From Shewanella gelidimarina (GTDB lineage: Bacteria > Pseudomonadota > Gammaproteobacteria > Enterobacterales > Shewanellaceae), in NCBI RefSeq assembly GCF_023283945.1, contig NZ_JAKIKW010000001.1, forward strand, positions 26,807 through 50,806: DNA of 24,000 nt. The letters run 5' to 3'. The translations under genes were made by a program, and so were the position numbers. Under the pieces are notes generated by a model, which was not told the origin of the DNA, ran no database searches, and saw nothing but the letters and a program-made list of their open reading frames with translations. The first letter of the stretch is position 1; each line of letters opens with the position of its first letter. Shown in pieces: positions 8,249-18,599 of the stretch.

Positions 8249-8671
8249 ATGTTTAAAAAAGGAATTAGCGCCTTACTGTTATGTTTAGCTTTTAATGCTA
8301 ACGCTGTGCCGACGGATGATATTGCTAACATTTTGGCCGGACAGGAAGCTGCTTGGAATCGAGGCGATTTAGACGGGTACATGCAAGGCTATTGGAATAG
8401 CGAAAAAATGCGTTTCGTATCGAATGGCAAATTCCGCTATGGCTGGGAAGACACGCTCGCTGCTTATAAAAAACATTATCCAGATAAAGCGACATTAGGT
8501 CAGCTGACTTTTACTATCGAAGAAACTAAAATGTTGAGCAATTACGCGGCGATTGTTGTTGGCCGCTGGGCGCTAGAGCGGGCTAAAGATAATCCAAATG
8601 GTGTTTTTACCCTGTTAGTAGAGAAGATAGATGATCGCTGGGTGATAACCCATGATCACACTTCTGATTAG
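8249..8671 (+). CDS. Secreted NTF2-like (DUF4440/SnoaL-like) protein
   Basis: 140 aa with a signal peptide (MFKKGISALLLCLAFNANA|V). The pattern ..EAAWNRGDLDGYM..G.W.L......G.FTLL..K.DDRWVITHDHTS is typical of DUF4440/NTF2-fold proteins. GGGAGAG lies upstream of the ATG. Confidence 0.65.
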   Translation: MFKKGISALLLCLAFNANAVPTDDIANILAGQEAAWNRGDLDGYMQGYWNSEKMRFVSNGKFRYGWEDTLAAYKKHYPDKATLGQLTFTIEETKMLSNYAAIVVGRWALERAKDNPNGVFTLLVEKIDDRWVITHDHTSD

Positions 8672-8722
8672 TCACTAAGCCTATAGATGGTGGCGCACGT
8701 CATCGCTTAGGCCGTAGAGTGC

Positions 8723-9472
8723 TTATAAGGTAAAATCATCTCGGCCTAGATCCCTGCCTTTGCCATCATAACGCACTTCAGAAAATTGCACTTTCCCATG
8801 CTTGTCCTTCAAAATGATACTGGTTGAACGGGTACCGTACTCTTGATGGTGAATATAGATCGATGAAAGGTGACGTTCCCACTCTAAACTTACCCCTGTT
8901 TGTGGTAATTCGGCATCTGGAGCCTGTGTTCCGTCCTTCATAATAGCCAACAGCGAATCAATACAGGGGGTACTATTATGGGTTATGTGCGCTTGAATCG
9001 CTTGAGTACCGCGTGACATCTTTGGCCATATATCATCAAGTGCGCCGTTACTGATAGAGTGAAACCCAGCCGTGAGTCGCATGAGCTGTTGGTTACGGCT
9101 ATCAAAACAATATAACGCCTGTTCATCCCCATATAGCAGGTTAAATGGATTATAGAATGGGCTATAACGTGTTAACCATGGCTCATCTATGCCACCGTTC
9201 ATTAGCGCGTTTAGGACCAATTCCCCGCGGCTTCTCATATCTGACTGAATTAACTCAGGGTCGCGAATATTGGTTAATCCCGCAACCATGCCATGTTGAT
9301 TAACGCCAAGCCAAGTGCCGCCGGCCTCTAAGTCTTTGCCTGCGAGTAGCTGGTCATGACTGGGCCAGAAATGAGCAGGTTCGGTAGGGCGATGATGAAA
9401 TTCATCACGGTTGGCGCAAATAATGAGTGGGTATTCAGGGTGCGCCTCGAGGGCGACAAATAGAATGCACAT
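8723..9472 (-). CDS. NRDE-family (TANGO2-like) protein
   Basis: 249 aa beginning MCILF.., with the eponymous NRDE motif (ICANRDEFHHRPT). Confidence 0.85.
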   Translation of the reverse strand: MCILFVALEAHPEYPLIICANRDEFHHRPTEPAHFWPSHDQLLAGKDLEAGGTWLGVNQHGMVAGLTNIRDPELIQSDMRSRGELVLNALMNGGIDEPWLTRYSPFYNPFNLLYGDEQALYCFDSRNQQLMRLTAGFHSISNGALDDIWPKMSRGTQAIQAHITHNSTPCIDSLLAIMKDGTQAPDAELPQTGVSLEWERHLSSIYIHHQEYGTRSTSIILKDKHGKVQFSEVRYDGKGRDLGRDDFTL

Positions 9473-9537
9473 AAGCCAGAATAAAATGGAATGATGAGTA
9501 CAGACTAATACCCATCCCCAAGAAAAGCTATTCTGGC

Positions 9538-11076
9538 TTAGTGATGATGACCATTGGCGTGGTTGTGCTCATGAGAGTGCGGCTTCGTTTTAAGTAACAT
9601 GAGTCGGCTCATAAATTTACGCGGACCTAAGCGAAGTAAGCTAGCCGCAAACAAGGCCGCAACCACCCAAAGACTAATACTGTTGAGTAAGTGTGGTAAA
9701 TGCCCCAATGCCTGCCATTGCGGTTGGATCCATTCAATAACGGCAAGTAAGCCAAAGAGTAGAACAAACAAGGCCACTCTTTGTGGCCAGTCCATCAACT
9801 TTAACTGCGCAAAGTTGATAATCGGTGCTGCAATTAATGGCAACAATACCGCTGTTGTCGTCCAGCCGCTATAAGCCAATGAAAGTGATAGTACTGCGGC
9901 GCCGAGATTACAAAAACGCATCGGTAAAAACACCAATAGTAATACGGCAACTTGCACTATGGGGTTGGATAAAGGCACCGCTGGATGACCAATTAAGTTG
10001 GCTAAAATAAGGCTAAGCACAATCCAAGGTGCACTGCGGTCAACTAAGTGAGCAAAACCAAAACGCACCGCTGAGGTTGGTAATGAGTCATGGGGATCTG
10101 TTGGTTCAACCTTGCAGTAAGTTAACAGCGCACCTATCAAAACGACTGAAATTGCTTGGATGAGCGTGAAAATAGGTCCGAGCAACAAGCCGGTAATGAT
10201 AATAGCTTCAGGGCCAAGTAGTCGTTGTAACCAGCGTCGACTGAGCGCCTTATTTTGAGGTGTTAGCCCAAAGTAAAAACGAATGCTCGCAACGGCATAG
10301 CTGAGTAATAAGATCGGCGCGATGGTGAGCATCCAATCCAATAGATGTTCAGTTGAATGACTGTGCTGATGATCATTTCCACCAGAGTCCATCATTAATA
10401 GCAGAAAGAGCAGTCCGATACCGAGTAAACTTCCTATCCCCGCGTGGTACTCAAATCGACCCTGTTTATCTGTATTGGGTTGACCATGGGGTTGATGCAA
10501 CACAACGTGCAATATGGAACCAGTAACAAATGCCTGTAAATAAACCGTATTTTCCAGGCTTAGATGCGACAAGAACTGTTCGCCAGCAAAGTAGCCAATG
10601 CCCGTAAGCAGCATCATACCGGTCAACACTAACATCGCCCAACGGCTACCGACTTGAGGCTTTAGCAGCCACCAGATAGCGACACCAACAGGCAAGCGAT
10701 GCAAGATAATACCGAGGGCAAGCAGCGGTGAGTTACCGTCTTGCTGGGCCAAAATCATGGCTCCGCCATCAGTAATGGTATGCAGCAGTAATCCACCAAC
10801 ACCAAGGATAAGGGTCAGGTTATGGGTGACTTCAGAGTAACGATGAAATAAGCGTTCGCTCAGCGTGGGACCCCAAATACCAATGATGACAAACACAATA
10901 GCCAGAAAACCACCGTGCTCTAATAGTTCGGGTAAAATATGGATCAGCACTAAGCCACCCAGTGAAACGAATATAAATCCGTCTAGGCCTTTTTGTAACC
11001 CCGTTCCCGATGAAAAGAATCGGTAAAACAAGGGTCCTAATAATAGTGCAATACAGCTAGCTAAGAGATACAACAT
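9538..11076 (-). CDS. Polytopic membrane protein with a ZIP-like N-terminal half and His-rich loop and tail; putative divalent-metal transporter
   Basis: 512 aa with many TM helices. HILPELLEH and HRLPVGVAIW resemble the ZIP HxxPEG motifs. There is a His-rich loop GNDHQHSHSTEH (nt 10345-10380) and a C-terminal KTKPHSHEHNHANGHHH (nt 9541-9591). The function is inferred, not demonstrated. Confidence 0.55.
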   Translation of the reverse strand: MLYLLASCIALLLGPLFYRFFSSGTGLQKGLDGFIFVSLGGLVLIHILPELLEHGGFLAIVFVIIGIWGPTLSERLFHRYSEVTHNLTLILGVGGLLLHTITDGGAMILAQQDGNSPLLALGIILHRLPVGVAIWWLLKPQVGSRWAMLVLTGMMLLTGIGYFAGEQFLSHLSLENTVYLQAFVTGSILHVVLHQPHGQPNTDKQGRFEYHAGIGSLLGIGLLFLLLMMDSGGNDHQHSHSTEHLLDWMLTIAPILLLSYAVASIRFYFGLTPQNKALSRRWLQRLLGPEAIIITGLLLGPIFTLIQAISVVLIGALLTYCKVEPTDPHDSLPTSAVRFGFAHLVDRSAPWIVLSLILANLIGHPAVPLSNPIVQVAVLLLVFLPMRFCNLGAAVLSLSLAYSGWTTTAVLLPLIAAPIINFAQLKLMDWPQRVALFVLLFGLLAVIEWIQPQWQALGHLPHLLNSISLWVVAALFAASLLRLGPRKFMSRLMLLKTKPHSHEHNHANGHHH

Positions 11077-11307
11077 GGGGATCCCATTTTAAATCCGCGA
11101 GTGCGAAAAAACGCCACAGTATACCAGTGTTAAGGGTAATTAGCAGGGCGATAAGTTGAATTTACATTGATATATAACCACTGCTACATTCGTGTTAATT
11201 TTGAATGTATTGCTCATGAGTGTAAATATTCTATAACTTTTTATTAGCTTTGCTGTAAAACATTATAGAATAATCTTCTTTTCAAGTAATTAGGCGTCAC
11301 CCAAGCA

Positions 11308-11907
11308 ATGGATACAATGGATACTTTCTCAGCGGCAGTCATGCTATTTCTCATTATGGATCCGTTAGGCAACCTCCCCATATTTGCCTCCATCCTAAGG
11401 CATATCGAGCCGAAAAAGCGTCGTCGGGTGTTGATCCGTGAATTGCTATTCGCGTTAGCGATTATGATGTTGTTCTTGTTTGCGGGTGAAGCGATCCTTA
11501 ATTTCCTTAATCTACGTTCAGAATCAGTGAGTATTGCGGGTGGTATTATTCTGTTTTTGATCGCTATTAGAATGATTTTCCCACAGCCCGGTGGCGTTGT
11601 TGGACTGGCGGCAGGTGAAGAGCCCTTCATTGTGCCAATGGCTATTCCATTGATGGCGGGACCTTCGGTGTTGGCAGCGCTCATTTTGCTTGCTCATACC
11701 GATGGTACTAGAATGATGGACTGGACTGTTGCATTGCTTGCTGCGTGGGGATTAAGTGCCATCATTCTATTGTTTTATAAAGTGTTTACTAAAGTGTTAG
11801 GAGAGAAAGGCTTAACGGCAGTAGAACGCCTGATGGGCATGGTGTTGGTGATGATATCAGTGCAGATGTTCCTCGATGGCATTGCAAGTTACATGAAGGC
11901 ACTCTAA
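11308..11907 (+). CDS. MarC-family (UPF0056) integral membrane protein
   Basis: 199 aa. The N-terminal ..FLIMDPLGNLPIF.. and ..PLMAGPS.. are characteristic of MarC/YhgN-type proteins. An alternative ATG lies at 11317. Confidence 0.85.
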   Translation: MDTMDTFSAAVMLFLIMDPLGNLPIFASILRHIEPKKRRRVLIRELLFALAIMMLFLFAGEAILNFLNLRSESVSIAGGIILFLIAIRMIFPQPGGVVGLAAGEEPFIVPMAIPLMAGPSVLAALILLAHTDGTRMMDWTVALLAAWGLSAIILLFYKVFTKVLGEKGLTAVERLMGMVLVMISVQMFLDGIASYMKAL

Positions 11908-11921
11908 CGGCAAACTTCAGT

Positions 11922-11954
11922 TTGATTGGTGTAACTTGCCGTTACGCCAATCAA
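11922..11954 (+). terminator. Strong stem-loop downstream of the MarC-family gene (14-bp stem with one G-U pair, 5-nt loop)
   Basis: TTGATTGGTGTAAC (11922-11935) pairs with GTTACGCCAATCAA (11941-11954) around the loop TTGCC. It starts 15 nt after the stop codon. No U-tract follows. Confidence 0.45.
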
Positions 11955-12018
11955 CATCCTAGGACTTAACCGCGAAATACAAATGTTGCAGAACAAATAC
12001 TAGCCTGTAATACTCTGA

Positions 12019-14205
<2,187 letters not shown>

Positions 14206-14490
14206 GCATTCATCTTTCGTTTATGTTAACGATGACTGCTCTGCAGTTTGACTCATAATGTTGGGCTGGGTTATCTATATTGTTACTGATACTTATTGGC
14301 ACCGCTTTTGTGACTAATATTTTTAGCCATATTGTGTGGTTTAGGTCTTTTACTGCAAACTCTCCTAAAATAGATAGATAAAGATGAAAACTAATTTGCA
14401 ACAATGCGGTCTGATTATTAACAGGATGACAGCATTTGAGTGGGCATAAACGATATGCAGTACAAAGCAGCAATAAAAGGAGCGCTTGAT

Positions 14491-17322
14491 ATGAAGGGTC
14501 TTTTCCAAAAAAGTGCCGTTATTAGTTTTTTACTGAGTGCTTTGGTTGTGATGAATACAGCGTTGGCCGTCCCCATTGATGGCACCACCGCGGATGCAAA
14601 TATTGTCGATAAAGAGCGTGTACTTTATTGGTTAATTAAGCGGGGAGAAGTCGCCAGCAGTGCATCTGATATAGAAAAAAAACAGGCTGTTGAAGCTTTT
14701 ATAGCTCGCTCAAGAGGGGCGAGAAAAATATCGCTACGTGAAGCTCGGTACGAAGCGGCCCGCCTGCAGCAAAAAAAGCAAACAAATAAGTTTGTCAGTT
14801 TTACCGCAGCACAAACACAAAGTATCACCAATAAAACCGTTAAGGTGTTGGCGATATTGATCGATTTCCCCGATCTTCCTCATGACAAAAATGGCTTAAG
14901 CAGCAGTGATACCTCTATGTATTACAGCGCTTATACTGCTGAACATTATAACAACTTACTGTTTTCTACCAATGGTTATGCTGGCCCAACAGGGCAAACG
15001 TTAATGACAGGCTATGAGTATTATCAGGCTGAATCGGGTGGTAGTTTCTTTTTTACCGGTGACGTTAAAGGCTGGTACCGCGCAGCAAATAACGCGGCAG
15101 TTTATGGTGGAAACGATGATGCAGATGATGATATTGGGGCAATAGAGCTGGTTAAAGAAGCCGTGAGTGCCGCCATAGCCCAGATGAGTAGTACTGAATT
15201 AGCGACTTATGATGTTGAAGACCCGTTTGACGTTAACCAAAATGGCAACTTAAACGAACCTGATGGTGAGATAGATCATGTGATGATTTTCCACTCCAGC
15301 ATTGGTGAAGAAACTGGGGGAGGAATGTTAGGTGCCGATGCTATTTGGTCGCATCGTTCATCAATCACTCCGTACACTCTCCCTGGAACCAATATGAAGC
15401 TGGCCAGTTATACTATTCAACCGATTGATGCGGCATTAGGTGTATGCGTACATGAATTTGGTCATGATCTTGGCCTACCGGATGAATACGACATTAGCGC
15501 AAAAGGCAAGGGCTCACCCGTCGGTTTTTGGTCTGTTATGGCTTCAGGCAGTTGGGCGGGTGCCATTCGAGGTACCGAACCCACTGGATTTAGCCCTTAT
15601 GCACGTTCATACCTGCAAGGTAAATACCAAGGTAATTGGGTGTCTGAGCAAAAAGTTTTGCTAAACACACTCGACTCATCGGGACTGGATATCGCCTTAG
15701 TTGAGGCGGTGAATCATGATCAAGTTAATCAGGTATCACTGGCTATCCCTGCGGAAGAAGTTAGTTTTACCGCCCCTTATGCGGGGGATTACCAATTTTA
15801 TTCTGATCAAGGTGACATGATTAATCATGCAATGTCGTTTGATATTGAACTCCCCGTAGCGACGCCGTTAACACTATTGATGAAAGCGCATTGGAGTATT
15901 GAGTTAGATTATGACTATGCTCAAATTATGGTTGATGGCATTGCGCTGGAAGGGCGATACACTAAAGCCAGCAATGAGAGAAATTCAGCACGTAACATTA
16001 TCACGGGTAAGTCGAGTGATTTGGCTGCGGCTGAAGGGACCAATGGTTGGGTCGAACTCGAGTATGATTTAAGTCCTTATGCTGGACGCAATGTACGCTT
16101 AGCAATCAATTACGTTACAGATCAAGCCGTTGGAGATTACGGTATTGTGATTGATGACATCACCATTAATCAAGCCGATACAGCGGTGTTATTTAATGGT
16201 GCGGAAACTTTAACGGATATTGCTTACGCCGGTTTTTTACGTGTCACTGATACGCGACCAGGTAAAGATCGTCGCTACATTGTTCAACTACGGAGTCTCC
16301 AAGGCGTTGACAAAGGTTTGAAGAGTCAACGTTACGATCCTGGCGTGGTGCTTTGGTTAGAGAACAATGATTATAGTTCTAATGAAGTCAGTAATCATGC
16401 TGGGTATAGCTTGATTGGTGTCGTCGATGCCGATCAAAATTTGATTGGCAGCTTAGAGACTCAATTTCAGATCCGTGATGCCGCATTTAGCTTATTTAAT
16501 CAGTCTTTTTTCAGTTATGGTGGCGCATCAGATGAACATTTATCAGCCCAAAAACTGTTTGAGGATTCGAACGACTATGCCGCGCCACTGCAGCCGGAGT
16601 CTGGTATGGCATTACCTGAGCTCGGTTTATCGATAGAGGTAATGACACAAGCAGAGAATAGCAGCAGCGCTACAGTGCAGTTTACTTACACTGGGATGGC
16701 TGAGCCATCGACAGAGTTGAGCGCTGTTATTTCTAAAAATCAGCAAGGTACTCGAGTTGATTTTTCCGCTGAGGTCAGCGGTGGCGATGGTAACTACCTC
16801 TATGCATGGGACTTTGGTGTTGATAATGCAGTGAGCACTGAAGTGACACCTAGCTACACCTATAATGATGCTGGCAGTTATTTAGTCACATTGACCATTA
16901 CTGACGGTAATGGTGTTGAGTTTACCAATAGCACGACGGTCAATGTTAGTGTCACGCTTGATGTTAGTTTTACATTAACGGTGAGTGCTCTGTCGGTGAC
17001 CTTTAATAATAAATCGGTGGGTGGCAGCGGTGACCTTAGCTATGCATGGCAATTTGGTGATGGCGCAATAAGTATCGAGACATCTCCATCACATACATAC
17101 GCAGCAGCAGGCGAATATAATGTAATTCTCACAGTGACGGATAGTCTAGGTAAAATCGGTGTTATGAGCGGTATGATCAACGTCGCGTCAGCAGTGACAA
17201 CCACCACGACTCAGAAGAGTAGTTCCAGCGGGGGCGGTTTAGGCATGTTATCGATAGGGCTCTTATGTTTGCTTGCGGGTTATCGCCGTAAAATTATGCT
17301 GAGTGGCCGAATAGACATTTGA
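14491..17322 (+). CDS. Secreted M6-family (immune inhibitor A / PrtV-like) zinc metalloprotease with two C-terminal PKD domains and a GlyGly-CTERM sorting signal
   Basis: HEFGHDLGLPDEYD (HEFGH at 15451-15465). Two PKD-like repeats lie at ~16756-17190 (..YAWDFG..TYNDAGSYLVTLTITD.. and ..YAWQFGDG..HTYAAAGEYNVILTVTD..). The tail is SSSSGGGLGMLSIGLLCLLAGYRRK. I place the start at ATG 14491 (MKGLFQKSAVISFLLSALVVMNTALA signal peptide, AAAGGAG 8 nt upstream) rather than the track start at 14440. Confidence 0.9.
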   Translation: MKGLFQKSAVISFLLSALVVMNTALAVPIDGTTADANIVDKERVLYWLIKRGEVASSASDIEKKQAVEAFIARSRGARKISLREARYEAARLQQKKQTNKFVSFTAAQTQSITNKTVKVLAILIDFPDLPHDKNGLSSSDTSMYYSAYTAEHYNNLLFSTNGYAGPTGQTLMTGYEYYQAESGGSFFFTGDVKGWYRAANNAAVYGGNDDADDDIGAIELVKEAVSAAIAQMSSTELATYDVEDPFDVNQNGNLNEPDGEIDHVMIFHSSIGEETGGGMLGADAIWSHRSSITPYTLPGTNMKLASYTIQPIDAALGVCVHEFGHDLGLPDEYDISAKGKGSPVGFWSVMASGSWAGAIRGTEPTGFSPYARSYLQGKYQGNWVSEQKVLLNTLDSSGLDIALVEAVNHDQVNQVSLAIPAEEVSFTAPYAGDYQFYSDQGDMINHAMSFDIELPVATPLTLLMKAHWSIELDYDYAQIMVDGIALEGRYTKASNERNSARNIITGKSSDLAAAEGTNGWVELEYDLSPYAGRNVRLAINYVTDQAVGDYGIVIDDITINQADTAVLFNGAETLTDIAYAGFLRVTDTRPGKDRRYIVQLRSLQGVDKGLKSQRYDPGVVLWLENNDYSSNEVSNHAGYSLIGVVDADQNLIGSLETQFQIRDAAFSLFNQSFFSYGGASDEHLSAQKLFEDSNDYAAPLQPESGMALPELGLSIEVMTQAENSSSATVQFTYTGMAEPSTELSAVISKNQQGTRVDFSAEVSGGDGNYLYAWDFGVDNAVSTEVTPSYTYNDAGSYLVTLTITDGNGVEFTNSTTVNVSVTLDVSFTLTVSALSVTFNNKSVGGSGDLSYAWQFGDGAISIETSPSHTYAAAGEYNVILTVTDSLGKIGVMSGMINVASAVTTTTTQKSSSSGGGLGMLSIGLLCLLAGYRRKIMLSGRIDI

Positions 17323-17350
17323 ACTTAGTTATTTAAACTTGGACAGTTTG

Positions 17351-17383
17351 GGCAAGCACTGTATTTGCGTAAAGTGGCTTGCC
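17351..17383 (+). terminator. Putative intrinsic terminator between the convergent protease and ubiC genes
   Basis: GGCAAGC (17351-17357) pairs with GCTTGCC (17377-17383), with two more pairs beyond a bulge. It is followed by the T-rich TTATTACTTTAAT. Confidence 0.45.
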
Positions 17384-17415
17384 TTATTACTTTAATCTGA
17401 ACAATGTAACGGCGA

Positions 17416-17985
17416 TTAATTAGTGAGTGCCGCAATGGCCTTTTGAGCGGCTGGTAGGAATATTTCGCTAACAATGAGTTGTTCTTGTTGATGTTGGAAA
17501 TAACGTCGACGCCCCCAAAGTGTATGGCTGGAATCTTGGTCTAATGATTCGGCGAGTTTGGCTATTTTGCTACAAGCCTCAAAATGTGCAACTTCGATTC
17601 TGCCTGGCGTGAATTCATCTTTAGAATAGAGCAACTCCCCTAGCGGTCTCGTACCTAAGCCCAGAAAGTCCTGCTGTTTTTTTTCGAGTAAGCGTCCAGG
17701 GATTAATGTACGAGCAAAAATCCAAGGCACGCCATCCAAGACTAGCAATACTTCACGGATCCACACTTGTTGATAATCGGGATACTCGTTGGTCAGCGGC
17801 GAAAGGGTGTCTTCACCTAGTACTTTTACTTCGAAATGTTGGCATTGAGCTTTTAGCTTTTCAGTCAAACTACTGGTGCTTAGCAGCCAATCTTTAAAAG
17901 GCGGCGAAGGCAAATTAGTTATTTTGTCTGGTGAAATCCACTTAATTGATTCACCATAGGGGAAGCTTAACCTAGTCACACTCAT
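17416..17985 (-). CDS. ubiC: Chorismate pyruvate-lyase
   Basis: 189 aa. It aligns by eye with E. coli UbiC: DWLL..SLTEKL, WIREVLL..DG.PW.FARTL.P, LG..PLGE.L, LWGRR, and E.FLPA. Confidence 0.85.
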   Translation of the reverse strand: MSVTRLSFPYGESIKWISPDKITNLPSPPFKDWLLSTSSLTEKLKAQCQHFEVKVLGEDTLSPLTNEYPDYQQVWIREVLLVLDGVPWIFARTLIPGRLLEKKQQDFLGLGTRPLGELLYSKDEFTPGRIEVAHFEACSKIAKLAESLDQDSSHTLWGRRRYFQHQQEQLIVSEIFLPAAQKAIAALTN

Positions 17986-18139
17986 CTAATTCTCGGTACA
18001 ATGTTAGCAAACCGAAGCAGTCTAGCATGCCAGTGTCATCCCAGATAGCCGTTGTCGGCTTTGAACGGGTAGGTTGGCGTGATAAGAAAATAGCATGAGG
18101 TTTTACCTCATCACATATCGACTAGGAGTCAGTTCCACA

Positions 18140-18538
18140 ATGAAAACAATTATCGCGATATTACTCTTAGGTTTAAGCAGTTTTAGTCTGTTTGCTGCGA
18201 ATGACAAACCGCTAGAGGAATACGCTTATTACGGTTTTGAGCCTGAAATCGTCACTAACTACATATCTAATCGAAATAAGCTGGGCTATGTCAGGCTCAG
18301 TGTTGAGTTAATGGTCAAAAATCCTGAAGATTTAGTGAGCTTGGAAAGACACGATCCATTATTACGAGCCGCAATCGTAGAGATTTTGGGTAATCAAACT
18401 GAAGATAAAGTGAAGTCGTTGACGGGTAAAGAGGAAATTAGACGTGAGTGCTATGAGATGGTCAATCGCCTACTAGAACAAGAAACAGGTAAAGATCTGG
18501 TGGTTAATCTACTTTTTACTAAATATCTATACGATTAA
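18140..18538 (+). CDS. FliL-family (flagellar basal-body-associated-like) protein, outside any flagellar cluster
   Basis: The start is taken at ATG 18140 (MKTIIAILLLGLSSFSLFA signal/anchor, AGGAG at 18124-18128). The body matches the FliL pattern (..PEIVTNY....YVRLSVELMV..DPLLRAAIVEIL...LTGKEEIRRE....VVNLLFTKYLY). Confidence 0.65.
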   Translation: MKTIIAILLLGLSSFSLFAANDKPLEEYAYYGFEPEIVTNYISNRNKLGYVRLSVELMVKNPEDLVSLERHDPLLRAAIVEILGNQTEDKVKSLTGKEEIRRECYEMVNRLLEQETGKDLVVNLLFTKYLYD

Positions 18539-18599
18539 CACCACCATAGCCGATATCGATTTTTACGCCGCCATAGTGAAGTTATGCTGCAGAGTGAAC

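Noticed and set aside
9599-10010. Plus-strand ORFs 9599-9874 and 9825-10010, antisense to the His-rich transporter gene
   Set aside because: They are shadow frames of a 512-aa polytopic membrane ORF.
11244-11684. 146-aa minus-strand ORF overlapping the MarC-family gene
   Set aside because: It is antisense to a well-supported membrane-protein gene. Its Ala/Pro/Ile-rich composition is typical of shadow frames.
14210-14473. 87-aa minus-strand ORF filling the glycosidase/protease intergenic spacer
   Set aside because: It begins with TTG (plus-strand CAA at 14471-14473) and has no internal Met, no SD and no recognisable motifs. It would occupy the protease promoter region, so it is probably chance in AT-rich DNA.
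14440-14490. N-terminal 17-codon extension of the protease ORF (MGINDMQYKAAIKGALD)
   Set aside because: The downstream ATG at 14491 is preceded by AAAGGAG at correct spacing and gives a canonical signal peptide. The extension would bury that signal peptide.
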